From assembly GCA_963829925.1 (NCBI GenBank), contig CAWHKQ010000011.1, positions 3,337 to 67,336 of the forward strand: a stretch of DNA of 64,000 bases, given 5' to 3'. Of this stretch, positions 24,101 to 35,119 are shown piece after piece (position 1 is the stretch's first letter; every line of letters begins with the position of its first letter). This DNA is from an uncultured Acidobacteriota bacterium. GTDB taxonomy: Bacteria; Acidobacteriota; Thermoanaerobaculia; UBA5066; Gp7-AA6. Under the pieces are notes generated by a model. That model worked only from the letters and a program-made list of their open reading frames with translations, was not told where the DNA came from and ran no database searches. The position numbers and the translations under genes are program-made.

Positions 24101-24692
24101 TCCAGACCGGCGTGCCTTTCGAAAAGAGCCGACCCCATTTCCTCCGGCCACGAGCGAGGGCCGGCGAGGCGTGAAGAGCGACGACCTCGATCGGCTCGAG
24201 GGCCGACCAGCGGATCCCGGCCTGCTCGAGAGTCTCCAGCCAGCGGGCGGGAATCCGAACGTGCCGGGCGCTTTCGACGATCCAGTCCCGCGGTCCCGCT
24301 GAGAGGAGCGCGGCGCGAGCCCGGCGCTCGTCGATCAGCCCCTCCATGAGGAGACCCGCGGACGGCTCGCTCCGGCGGAAGGTGGCTCGGGAGGACGCTC
24401 CGACTTCCCGGACGCCGGCGGGCTCCGCGCGCAGGCCGCCGATGGCTTCGCCGAGCCCGGCGGGGACTCGGGGCCAGAGCAGACGTCGCGCCGCGGTCTG
24501 CAGAAACTCCAGGCTCCGGTCCGGCGGCCCCGAGGCGCACAGCACGATCCGGCTCGGCGCGCGGGGGTCGGCGAGGTAACTGCGCAGCGAGCAGGGCACG
24601 AGCACGGTTCCCGGCGCGAGCGCCGCAATGCGCTCCGCGGCGCGGCGCGCTTCGCCGAGGCGCGGAGCCAGGCAGGCGATGGAATCGGGCAT
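24057..24692 (-). CDS. Hypothetical protein
   Basis: 211 aa ORF filling the gap between HD-GYP and GGDEF; no recognisable motif; ~44 bp convergent overlap with the HD-GYP gene. Confidence 0.5.
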   Translation of the reverse strand: MPDSIACLAPRLGEARRAAERIAALAPGTVLVPCSLRSYLADPRAPSRIVLCASGPPDRSLEFLQTAARRLLWPRVPAGLGEAIGGLRAEPAGVREVGASSRATFRRSEPSAGLLMEGLIDERRARAALLSAGPRDWIVESARHVRIPARWLETLEQAGIRWSALEPIEVVALHASPALARGRRKWGRLFSKGTPVWIREWASRSPTRRRS

Positions 24693-24797
24693 CGAGGGGA
24701 TTCTATTTCTCCCGCTCCCGTCGGCGCGTCGAGCGCCGCTCGAAACGGGCCGCGGCCATTTCTGAGCGGCCTGCTAAACTCACACGCACAGAATCCA

Positions 24798-25995
24798 ATG
24801 CATACCTACCTCTTCTCCCTGCTCATCCAGGCCGCCGGCACGGTTCTGCTCTTCGTGGTCTTCCTTCTGCTCTATCGCAAGTTCCGGAGGCCGGCGTTTC
24901 TGGACTGGATCGCGTCGTGGGCGTTTTTCCTGACCGGGCTCGCCCTCCTGTGGATGGTCATGAGCCCGATCGGGAAAGACTCGCGCGCTGGCGCTCCTCG
25001 CGATGCTCGCGGCCATGCTCGCGCACGTGTTTTTCCTCCTGCGCGGCGTCTGGCGCTACCGCCGCGAGGCCGCCGCCGCCAGCCCCTTCGAGATGCTCTG
25101 GGCCGTCCCGATCATGGCGCGCCGCCTGGTGGCTCTCGGCGGGCCCGGCCGGGCCGGCGGCGGACTGGGCGGCCCCGCTCTCCTTCCTGCGGGCCGCGGC
25201 CTACCTGGTCACGGCCGTCGCCTTCGCCGTGACGCCCGGCTCGGCGGGCGGCCGCGCGATCCTTTCGGCGTCGTTCCTGCTCTGGGGGGTCGAGCGCGCA
25301 TGGGTGGCCACCTCCTACCTGCGGCACGGGGACGCCGCCTCGATGTCGGAGATGCTTCAATACGCCCACTTCTTCGAGATGTTCCTCGAGATGACGGTGG
25401 GCGTCGGGATCATCATCCTGCTCTTCGAGGCCAGCCAGGCGCAGCTCCAGCAGGAGATGCAGCGCCTGGTCGAGTCGGATTCCCAGGTCAAGGAGATGGG
25501 CATCCGCGACCGCCTGACGGGACTCTACAACCGGCACTACTTCAACGACGTGATCCGGCGCGAGCTCGCGCGTTCCCGCCGCCACGCGACCGCGCTCTCG
25601 GTCCTGCTCATCGACGTGGACCGCTTCAAGGAGATCAACGACCTGCGGGGCCACGGGGTCGGGGACGAGGTGCTGCAGTTCGTCGCGAACTACCTGACGG
25701 CCTGCGTGCGCGAGTCGGACATGGTGTTTCGCTGGGGGGGCGACGAGTTCCTGGTCCTCCTGACCCAGGCCGACGAGGCCTCGGCCGCGCAGAAGGCCGA
25801 GGAGCTGGCCGGAGCCTGCCGCACATCCCCGGCGCCGCGCAGCTCCAGCCCACGCTGTCCGTGGGGTGGGCGACGCACCTGCCCAAGGCCGAGTTCCCCA
25901 AGACGCTGGCCGAGGCCGACGCCCGGATGTACGAGATGAAGCTCAGGCGGAAGAAAGAGCGAGAAGCGCGAGCGCGGGATCTCGGGAGGCTCTGA
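24798..25995 (+). CDS. Multi-TM membrane sensor diguanylate cyclase (GGDEF); frameshifted
   Basis: Hydrophobic N-terminal helices; DRLTGLYNR, DVDRFKEIND, GHGVGD and RESD-N5-GGDEF (intact I-site); SVG and ADARMYEMK in the alternate frame. Confidence 0.9.
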
Positions 25996-26553
25996 GCAGG
26001 CTGTAGACGCCGCGCGCCGGGAGGCCCATCACGTTCGTGAACGAGCCGTGGATCTCCTCGATGAACCGCGCGCCCAGGCCCTGAACGCCGTAGGCGCCGG
26101 CCTTGTCGCGGGGCTCTCCGGTCGAGGCGTACCAGTGGATCTCCTCGGGCTCATCGGGGCGAATCGGACGCGGCTGACCTCGGCGATCCCCGTTCCCGGC
26201 GCGCCGCCGCGGCGTCAGCCGCACGGCCGTACGACCAGTGCTCCCGACCCGAGAGCCGCGCCAGCATGCGTTCCGCGTCCCGGTCGTCGCGCGGCTTCCC
26301 GAGAGTCTCGCCGTCGAGAAAGACGAGGGTGTCCGCGGCGAGGATCCAGGCGTCCGGCTGCCCGCGCGGAGGCCCGCGCCGCCTTCTCGGCCGCCAGCCG
26401 CGTGGCCGCGGCTTCCGCGGTCTCGCCCTCCCGCGGATCTTCGGGCACGTCCGTGGGCGACACGACGAAGGGGATGCCGAGCGAGCGCAGGATCTCGGCG
26501 CGGCGGGGGGAAGCGGAGGCGAGGACGAGGCGGGAGGTCTCGGCGCCGGACAC
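25943..26553 (-). CDS. maf: Maf family nucleoside triphosphate pyrophosphatase; frameshifted
   Basis: [29 protein letters not shown] and [10 protein letters not shown]. Confidence 0.92.
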
Positions 26554-26595
26554 CGGGAGATCTTGAGTCAGGGCCGCATCCCCCGGAGCGGAAGG

Positions 26596-29500
26596 CTACG
26601 GGTAGTACCCCGAGATCGTCCGCGCCTGCAGGTTCACCGGATCCACCTTGATCTCGACCTTGCGCCACTGGTCGCGGCTGTCGACGTTGGAGGAGTAGTA
26701 GGTCAGCAGGTACTGGCTCCGCAGGTCCTCGTTGATCTGACGGTACACCGCCTCGAGGTTCTTCGCCGAGTCGATGTAGAAGGTCTGGCCTCCGCTGACC
26801 TGGGCGATCTTGTTGAGCTTGTACTTGACCTCCAGGTCCGTGCCCGAGATCTTGAGCCCGATCCCGTAGACGGCGAGCCCGGACTTGCGCACGTACTCAA
26901 GCAGGGTGTCGTAGTCGAACTTGGAGACGGTGTCCTTCCCGTCCGTCAGGATCACCAGGGCCCGTTTGCCCTTCACTCCGGTGAACTGGTAGAGGCCGTA
27001 GATGATCGCGTCGTAGAGCGCCGTGGAGCCTTCGGCGCGCAGCCCCGCCAGGGAGCGGACGAGCTTGTCCTTGCGTCCGGTGAGCTTGGCGAGAAGGTAC
27101 GGCTCGTTGTCGAACGACACCACGAACGCGCGGTCCTTCTGGCCGACGGAGAAGTCGATGAACTTCAGGGCGGCCTGCTCGGCCTCGGGCAGGGACTCGA
27201 GCATCGAGGCCGACGTGTCGATGATGATGCCGAGGGAGAGCGGCAGGTTCTTGACGTACTCGAACCCCTGGATCGCCTGGAGCACGCCGTCCTCGAAGAC
27301 CTTGAAGTTGGACGCCTGCAGGTGGCTGACCGGCCGGCCCTTTTCCGTGACCGTCGTGTAGAGCTCGACGGCGTCGACGGTGACCTCCGAAACGAAGTCC
27401 GGGAGCGTTGACGTAGCGCAGGTCTTCGGACACCGTGCCGTCGTCGAGCGTGCCGATGACGCGCACGTAACTCAGCGATTTCGAGTCCTTGATGTTGACG
27501 GTCTGCTCGTAGGGCGCCTGGTAGAGAGTCGCGACGCGGGCCTCATTCGAATAGAACTCGAGCTTCTGGAGGGTCTTGCCTTCGGGCACGGCGATGGCCG
27601 CGAGGACCTTGGTGGGCCCCGAGACGCGCATGCCCTTGTCGGGCGAGAGGATCCGGACCCGGAAGACTTCACGACCCTCGTTGACGATGTACTCGTCCTC
27701 GCCCACGGAGCGTCCGGTGGGGCCATACGCCACGACGCGGACCGCCTGCTTGCGAGGCAGCGGCCCGAGGTTCAGGTCGGCCTCGAAGGGCGCCTTGGTC
27801 CGGGTCATGACCTTGGAGCCGTTGAGGTAGAAGTCGACGCTCTTGACGTTCTCCGCGGCCTTGGTCTCGAACCGCTGGAGCCCGGTGACGATCTCCTTGG
27901 CAACGGGCAGGAGCGCGATGGCCGAGGGCAGCAGACCGACGTCTTTGATCTTGTCGACGGCCGCCTTGCCTTCCGCTCGCGCCGCGACCATCTCCGGCGG
28001 CGGGGCGTCCGGCTGCTCGGGGACGTTCAGGGCCTCGGCGAGGTGCCCCTCCGCGTTCTGGTTGCCGTCCGAGATCTTCAGGATCAGCTTGTACTGTCCC
28101 GGATAGAGGTACCGCCGCACCGTCACCGGGATCTTCTCTCCGGCGATCTCCTGGGTCGGGATGTCGAAACGGTACTTGAAGTTGTCGATCAGGCGGTCGT
28201 CCTTGACGACCTCGCCGATCACGTCCACGTTGTAGAAGCTCTCCTCGCCGAGGGATCGGGCCTTCAGCTCCGCCTTGGGGACCAGGAGCGAGAGATCCAT
28301 GCCGATCTTGTTGGCGCGCAGCTCCGGGAACCGGACGAGCCGGGCGACGCCGAGCGCGGTCGCGCCTTCACGGACGTCGGTCGTCATCGAGAGGATCTGG
28401 TCGACGCCCTCCGTCTCGACGGTCGGCGGCTGGAACAGAAGGCTGGCGCTCCGCATCGAGAAGGCGCCGGAGCCGAGCACGGCGGAGCTGTACTGGAGCG
28501 CCTGCTGGACCGTGCGCCACTCGAAGCAGCTCTGGATGTCGGGAGCACGGGCGCCCATCGACATTCCGCCCGAGGAGCCGACGCCGACGTAGAGGACGCC
28601 CAGGCCGTCGATCGGGAGCCAGAGCTTGTAGGCGCCCGTGCCGTAAGGCTGGTAGAAGATCAGATAGACCTTGCTCTTGAGGGCCTCGATCCGCTCGTAG
28701 AACCAGATCTGGAGCGGGACGTAGACTTCCTGACAGTCGATCGGGACCACGGCGTCCGGCGGCCCGTTCATGACGAACATCTTCGCCCGGTCGTTGTGCA
28801 GGTCCCGGAACTGGGAGATGGCCTGCTCGACCCGCCGCGTGTACACGGCGCGGTAGTCGGTGCGGATGCCCATGGCGTCGATCGTGCGGCGCTTCCAGAA
28901 CGAGTCGATGAACTTGTCGCGCTGGTAGCTCTCGGCGATCTGGAGGAACACCTCGCGCTCGTCGTCGGTGATGATGAGCTCGACGAGAGTCATGAAGTCG
29001 CGATACTTCTGCGGCAGCGCCTCGGTGCGCTCCCGGATCTCGCGCTTGGAGAGCTTCTTTCGGGCCGGAGCCGGCCGGGATGCGACCGTCTCGGGAGTCT
29101 CGGGGCCGGCGGCGACCTTCGCGGAGGGCGACGAGGGGACCACCGCGTCGCCGGATGGGGCCTCGCTCGCCGGGCCCTCGACGTTCAGCGCCGTGGCCTT
29201 GTCGCCCTTGAGAGTCGGGAAACGGTCGGCGAGCTTCTCGAGACCCTCCGTGTCGACCTTGGGCGGCTCGCTCAACGCGAGAGCGATGTCGGCGACTCCG
29301 CGGGACCGGATGCGCTCGACGATGCGGACCACGTCGCACGCCTGATCGCAGGTCTTGGCGGCCGCGTACGGCCCGCACTCGGCCCCGGGAGCCGGGGGGG
29401 AGCCGATCGGCCGGCACGCCTGGGGTATGGAGCTCAGGCACGACCCGGGCGCGAGCAGCTCCCGGTCCGGGATGGCGGGATACCAGAGCCTCCACGGCGC

Positions 29501-30022
29501 GCCCGGCGAGCCCCGGTAGAACAGGAACTGCGTTTCCTTCTGAAGCGAACCCCCGCCGGCGGCGCTGCGGTAGGTCCAGACGGCGAGATCGCGAAAGACG
29601 TCATTACATTGTTCGTACTCCTGGACCGCCAGCGGCTCGCCATGAAGGACGACCACCCGGCCGGGATCGCTCGTCAGTCCTCCGTAAGTCGCTGGCGGCC
29701 GCTTCCCGGAAACCCTCGTAGCGGTTGCGGTAGCCGGGGCCGAGCGGGTCGGGCAGTCCCGGCTGTTCCCGGCGCTTCCAGAACTCTTCCCGGAAGATCT
29801 CGCGCTGGTGAGACTCGGTGAGCTGGAGGAAGAGGTTCTTCTCGTCCTGCAGGATGATCGGCGCGACGAACTCCTCGACCCACTTCCGGTCTTCCTCGGG
29901 GAGCGCCTTCAATTTCTCGGCGCGCTGATTGGCGAGTCAGCTCGGGCACGCCCTGCGCCCGCAATGGCCCCGCAGAGTGCGAACACCGCGACCGCACGAA
30001 GAGAGAGCGTCCGCGACTTCAT
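26596..30022 (-). CDS. Secreted tandem GWxTD-domain protein with Ig-like domains and a C-terminal VWA domain (~1140 aa); frameshifted
   Basis: Signal peptide; two GWxTD-type units (EEFWKRR...GLTSDPGRVVVLHGEP; DSFWKRR...HNDRAKMFVMNGPPD...QIWFY); Ig-like strands; VWA IDTSASM, GSTALYDAI, ILTDGKD, SGG, LRSQYLLTY. Confidence 0.82.
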
Positions 30023-30132
30023 CGGACTGTCGATCTTAACCCCCGGTTGCGCTACGGGTATTCCTTGAAGAAAGTTTTTCAGGAAGCTGGCTCCGGAGCG
30101 ATAATTTGAAGTACCTCCGGGAATCTGAAGTC

Positions 30133-31289
30133 ATGATTTACCTCGACAACAACGCCTCGACCTCGCTGGACCCGGAGGTCTGGGCGGCCATGGTCGAGGC
30201 GGCCGACGTCTACGGCAATCCCTCCTCCGTGCACGCCGAGGGACAGAAGGCTCGGCGCGCCGTCGAAGAGGCGCGGGCCGAGGTCGCCCGGCTGGTCGGC
30301 GGCCGTCCCGAGGAGGTCCTGCTGACCTCGGGCGGCACCGAATCCAACGCCCTGGCGTTCTTCGGAGCGACCGCGGGCCGCCGGGGACGCGTCGTCCTTT
30401 CGGGCGCGGAGCACCCTTCGGTTCGCGAGGCCGCCGCCCGGCTCTCGGGAAGACGGTCTTCGAGGTCGTGACGGTCGATCCGGAGCCCTCCGGAGCCCTC
30501 GAACCCGAACGCGTCCTCGCCGCGGTCACGCCCGGCACGGTTCTCGTTTCGGTCATGGCCGCCAACAACGAGTACGGAGGGGTCTACCCGATCGAGGCGC
30601 TGGCCCGCGGGGCGCGTGCCCGGGGGAGCCTCTTTCACACGGACGCCGTTCAGGCGGCTGGCCGGATCCCCGTGAACGCCGCGGCCTGGGGTGTCGACCT
30701 GCTTTCGATCTCGGCTCACAAGATGCACGGTCCCAAAGGGGCCGGAGCCCTCTTCGTCCGCCGCGGCGTGTCGCTGTCCCCGCACACTCCGGGGGGCGGA
30801 CAGGAGAAGCGCCTCCGCGCCGGCACCGAGAACACGCTCGCGATCGCCGGGTTCGGCGCGGCTTCGCGCCTGGGGGTCCGTCGGCTCGAGGGGGACGCTC
30901 CGGCGATCGGGGGCCGGCGGGATCGCCTGGAGCGCGGGATCCTGGAGTCAATCCCCGGCACCCGCGCCGTCGGAGAGCGAGGCCCGCGTCTGCCGAACAC
31001 GTCGGCGATCCGGTTCGCGGAAGCGTCCGGGGAGGCTCTGTTGATCCGCCTCGACCTCGAGGGCATCGCGGTCTCGGTCGGGAGCGCCTGCTCGAGCGGC
31101 ACGCTGGCGCCGTCCCCCGCCCTCCTCGCGCTCGGCTTGTCCCGGGAGGAGGCGAAGAGCGTCGTCCGCTTCTCCCTGTCCCGCCAGACGACCGACGCGG
31201 AGATCGCCCGCGTCCTGGAGATTCTGCCCGGCCTCGTGGGGGAGGTCCGGGCCGCGGCGGCGGCGTCGTGCGCGGGGAGTCCGTCGTGA
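30133..31289 (+). CDS. iscS: Cysteine desulfurase (IscS/NifS class I); one frameshift near 30455
   Basis: IYLDNNAST, YGNPSS, TSGGTESN, HTDAVQ, SAHKMHGPKG, RAGTEN and GSACSSG. Confidence 0.93.
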
Positions 31290-31864
31290 TCGTCGAGTGC
31301 GATCAGTGCCAGGCCAAATACCACTACGACGAGGCGCGTTTTGCGGGAAAGCCGTCCAAGAAGCTGCGCTGCTCGCGTTGCCAGACCATCTTCGAGGTGT
31401 TCAACACGCGGGCCTACGAGGCGCAGCCGGCCGTGCGGACCCCGCTCCCGCCGGACGAGACCCGGATCCGCCGGAGCGGCGACGCGCCGCGGGAGGACGC
31501 GAGCCACGACCGCCGCCGCACGGACGCGACACGCAAGCCGGCCGGCGAGCTCAAGCTGCCCTCCGACTTGAAGCTCTCGCTGGCCGTTATCGCGGGGCCC
31601 GACGCCGGAAAGATGTTCCAGATCGAGAAGCCCCGCATCGTGATCGGCCGGGAAGAGGTGGACCTGGTCCTGGACGACCCGGAGATCTCGCGGCATCACG
31701 CCGCCCTCGAAGTGCGCGGCGACCAGGTCAGCCTGCTCGACCTGGGCTCGACCAACGGAACGCTCGTCGGCGAAGAGCCGATCAGCGAAGTCGTGATCGA
31801 GAACCAGGGAGAGTTCACGGTCGGCGGCTCGACTCTGATGCTGATCGTCACGGCGGCGGGCTGA
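31286..31864 (+). CDS. MJ0042-type zinc-ribbon + FHA domain protein
   Basis: IVECDQCQAKY...LRCSRCQTIF; FHA motifs IGR, ISRHHA and DLGSTNGT. GTGA overlap with iscS. Confidence 0.88.
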   Translation: MIVECDQCQAKYHYDEARFAGKPSKKLRCSRCQTIFEVFNTRAYEAQPAVRTPLPPDETRIRRSGDAPREDASHDRRRTDATRKPAGELKLPSDLKLSLAVIAGPDAGKMFQIEKPRIVIGREEVDLVLDDPEISRHHAALEVRGDQVSLLDLGSTNGTLVGEEPISEVVIENQGEFTVGGSTLMLIVTAAG

Positions 31865-31896
31865 TCGCCGGACCCCGCCTCGGATAGGCTACGCGG

Positions 31897-32980
31897 ATGC
31901 GAATCGCCGTCGCGATGTCCGGGGGCGTGGACTCTTCGGTCGCCGCCCTCCTTCTGAAGGAGGCCGGCCACGAGCCGATCGGCCTCTCGATGCAGCTCTG
32001 GGACCACTCGCGCGAGGCCGGCCGGACGGGCCGGTGCTGCACGCTCGACGACCTGGCGGACGCGCGCCGGGTGGCCTGGGCGCTCGGGATCCGTCACTAC
32101 GTGCTGAACCTCGAGGACGAATTCCGGCGCGACGTCGTGCGCCCGTTCGTCGCGTCGTATCTCTCGGGCGAGACGCCGATCCCGTGCTCGGCGTGCAACA
32201 CGAAGGTCAAGTTCGCGACCCTCTGGGAGCGCGCGCGGGCCCTGGGCTGCGAGGCGGTGGCGACCGGCCACTACGTGCGCCGCGGCTCCGACGCCGCGGG
32301 CCGCCCCGTCCTCCGGAGGGGGATCGATCCGGCCAAGGACCAGTCCTATTTTCTCTACGACCTCACGACCGAGCAGCTCGCGGCGGCCCGCTTCCCGGTG
32401 GGGGAGCTGACCAAGGCGGAGGTCCGCGCCCACGCCCGCCGCGCCAGTCTCCCGACGGCCGACAAGGAGGAGAGCCAGGAGATCTGCTTCGTTCCGGCCG
32501 GGACCCGCGCGGGGGATTTCGTCGCCGAGCACGCCGCGGAGCTCGGTCTCGAGCTGCCTGCCGCGTCCGGGCCGCTCGAAGACGCCCGCGGCGGGAGCCT
32601 GGGCTCTCACGAGGGTCACTTTCGCTTCACGATCGGGCAGCGGCGAGGCATCGGTGTCGCCGCGATCGGAGAGGCTCTACGTCCTGGCGGTCGACGCCCC
32701 GGCCAACCGCGTCGTCGTGGGGCCGGGCCGCGACCTGGAGACGCGCGAGGCGCTCGTCGGCGACGCCCGGTATCCCGGCGGAGCTCCCCGGGGCCCGTTC
32801 CGTGCCGCGGTGCGCATCCGTCACCGCGCTCCCGAAGTTCCGGCCACGGTGTCGCCCCGTGACGACGGCACCGCGCGCGTCGAGTTCGATGCTCCGGTCC
32901 GCGCCGTCGCCCCCGGCCAGTCCTGCGTGTTCTACGACGGGGACGTGGTGCTCGGAGGGGGAGTCCTCAGGCGGAGTTGA
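31897..32980 (+). CDS. mnmA: tRNA-specific 2-thiouridylase; one frameshift near 32670
   Basis: AMSGGVDSS, PIPCSACN, ATGHY, KDQSYFL, ESQEICF, FTIGQRRG and PGQSCVFY. Confidence 0.95.
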
Positions 32981-32983
32981 CGG

Positions 32984-33286
32984 TCAGTTCGTTGGCGTGT
33001 CCGTCGCCTCCGTCGTCGGGGGCTGAAAGTCGGACCGGATCTCTCCGTAGCTGCGCTCGTAGATGTCGACGTTCTGCTGCAGGGCGCGCAGCAGCTGCTT
33101 GGCGTGATACGGCGTCGTGAGCACGCGGGCCAGACTTTCACGTCGGGGCGGCCCGGGACGAGCGCGGCCGAAGTCGAAGACGAACTCGGTCGGGTTGTGG
33201 AGGATGTTTGCGAAGTTGACGTAGTGGCCCTCCGCGGTCGCCTCGTCGATCGTGAACTTCACGGGGAGCGGCTTGGAATCGGTCAT
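32984..33286 (-). CDS. DUF3467 family protein
   Basis: GHYVNFANILHNPTEFVFDF...TPYHAK.LL.AL..NV..YERSYGEI pattern. Confidence 0.8.
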   Translation of the reverse strand: MTDSKPLPVKFTIDEATAEGHYVNFANILHNPTEFVFDFGRARPGPPRRESLARVLTTPYHAKQLLRALQQNVDIYERSYGEIRSDFQPPTTEATDTPTN

Positions 33287-33337
33287 GGAGGCCTCCGGTG
33301 TTCAGTCTAGCGCGGGCGCGGGGATACACTGGTCCCC

Positions 33338-34252
33338 ATGCGCGTCCTGACGGGAGCGCTGCTGCTGCTGTCGGTGGCGGCGGGCGGCCGCGGCTCAGCA
33401 TGTACCGTCGATCTCCGACCGTTCCCTGGGCCCGCAGAGATTTCGTCCAACCCCCTCGTCGCCGAGGGCGACCGCATGTATTCGCGCCGGCAGGAGGGCC
33501 GCGTCGGGCCGAAGGCCGGCGCCGGCCCGATCAACCAGGCGATCCTGGCTTACGAAGAGGCCGCCCGCGACCCGGATTACGTCGAGGCGCGCTGGAAACT
33601 GGTGCGGGCCCTCTACTTCAAGGGCGCGTACACGGGGTTGGACCCGGAATCCCGCAAGGCCGTTTTCCAGAAGGCGAGGCGCGTGGCCGAGGAGGCGATC
33701 GGGATCCTCCAGAAGAGCCTGGAGAAGAAGGCGTCAAGGGTTTCCTGGAGTACGGGCCCAACGTGCTGGCGGGACACTTCCGGACCGGTCGGATGCCGCG
33801 CCCACCTTCTTCTGGGCGGCGGTGGCGTGGGGAGAGTGGGCGCTCGCGGAGGGGAAGCTCGAGGCGGCCAGGACGGGCGCCGCCGAGACGATCCGCGACT
33901 ACGCGCTGACCGTAATCGGGATCGACCCGTGTTCGAGGAAGGCGGAGGCTACCGGATTCTCGGGCGACTCCACGACCAGGCGCCCTGGATCCCGTTCGTG
34001 ACGGGCTGGGTCTCACGGGACGAGGCGGTCAAGGCTCTGCGCCTGGCGGTGCAGCAGGACAAGCGCAATTTCGCCAACCGCCACTTCCTCGCCGAGGCTC
34101 TCTACCGCGGTGACGCCAGGGAAAAGACGGAGGCGATCGCCCTGGAAGAGGCGCTCGTGGCCGACGGGCCCTCGCCGCAGCATCTGGTCGAGGAGATCAA
34201 GACCCAGGAAGACGCGCGGCAAAACCTCGCGGCCTGGAAGAAAGCCGCGTAG
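33338..34252 (+). CDS. Secreted TPR-like helical protein (TatT-like); frameshifted
   Basis: Signal peptide; helical repeats; GGGYRILGRLHDQAPWIPF resembles TatT/TPR lipoproteins (family inferred). Confidence 0.6.
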   Translation: MRVLTGALLLLSVAAGGRGSACTVDLRPFPGPAEISSNPLVAEGDRMYSRRQEGRVGPKAGAGPINQAILAYEEAARDPDYVEARWKLVRALYFKGAYTGLDPESRKAVFQKARRVAEEAIGILQKSLEKKASRVSWSTGPTCWRDTSGPVGCRAHLLLGGGGVGRVGARGGEARGGQDGRRRDDPRLRADRNRDRPVFEEGGGYRILGRLHDQAPWIPFVTGWVSRDEAVKALRLAVQQDKRNFANRHFLAEALYRGDAREKTEAIALEEALVADGPSPQHLVEEIKTQEDARQNLAAWKKAA

Positions 34253-34720
34253 CCCGCGGACGCTCGGGGAGGGCGCGGAGGAGCTCGCGCACGGTGCGTC
34301 CGCTGACCGGGTGCCGCCAGTCCGGCGCGATCTCGGCCAGCGGGGCGAGCACGAACCGGCGGGTCTGCCATGCGCGGGTGCGGGAGAACGGGATCCGGCC
34401 GCGCCCGGCGGGCCCCGCCCAGATCCAGGATGTCCAGGTCGATCTCCCGCGGACCGTTCCGAAAGGACGGCGTCCGGCCCACGGCCTTCTCGACGCGTTG
34501 CAGCTCGCGCAGCAGCGCCGCGGCCGAGCGCCCCCAGGCGACGGCGGCGACCGCGTTCCAGAACGGCGGCTGCGCGGCATACCCGACCGGGTCGGTGCGA
34601 TAGAAAGAAGACATCGCCAGGACCGGGGCCGCCGCGGCGATTTCTCGAGAGCGCTCTGGATTCGGGCGCGGCGGTTGCCGACGGTTGGAGCCGAGCGCGA
34701 CGTAGGCGGTGCGCGTTCGA
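34197..34720 (-). CDS. folK: 2-amino-4-hydroxy-6-hydroxymethyldihydropteridine diphosphokinase; frameshifted, start not resolved
   Basis: AYVALGSN, SSFYRTDPVG, FWNAV, GPREIDLDIL, LPHPRM and RFVLAPLAEIAPDWRHP. Confidence 0.9.
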
Positions 34721-34729
34721 GGGCGGGGG

Positions 34730-35041
34730 CTAGTAGACTTCGTCTTCCTCTTCTTCGGCCTCGGCCGGCTCTTCGCCTTCCTCGAGTTCGTCGTCCTCGA
34801 GATCGGCCTCCGGTTCGGGCTCGGCCGGCCCTTCTTCACCGAACTCCTGCGGGTTCTCGTCGGGAATCGTCTCGAGGAGAGCCGAGCGGCGCGGCGGCCG
34901 CGGCGCCGGGGGCGGCGCGTCGTCGGACTTCGCGTTCTTCTGATTGGCTCCGCACTTTGGACAGATCGCCTCGGGCTTGCCGAGGTTGTAGAACTTCGTG
35001 TGGCAGTGGAAGCACTCGTACTTTTTACCGAGATCGGGCAT
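34730..35041 (-). CDS. FYDLN acid domain protein (TIGR02300-like)
   Basis: [31 protein letters not shown] followed by an acidic tail. Confidence 0.9.
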   Translation of the reverse strand: MPDLGKKYECFHCHTKFYNLGKPEAICPKCGANQKNAKSDDAPPPAPRPPRRSALLETIPDENPQEFGEEGPAEPEPEADLEDDELEEGEEPAEAEEEEDEVY

Positions 35042-35119
35042 TTCCCCCTCGAAAGGCGGCCAAACCTAGCACGCGATTTTTCAAGGGTCAATGGCAGACC
35101 CTTTGCTAGGATCGAAACT

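Noticed and set aside
24700-24797. c-di-GMP-I riboswitch before the GGDEF gene (CACGCACAG resemblance)
   Set aside because: Only a short match, lying downstream of the -10 box with no room for the aptamer; GGCAAAC and GNRA/receptor elements are absent.
30061-30085. Imperfect palindrome ttccttgaagaaagtttttcaggaa between the GWxTD gene and iscS as an IscR site
   Set aside because: No Rrf2/IscR gene nearby and no clear match to IscR type 1 or 2 consensus; could simply be divergent promoter sequence.
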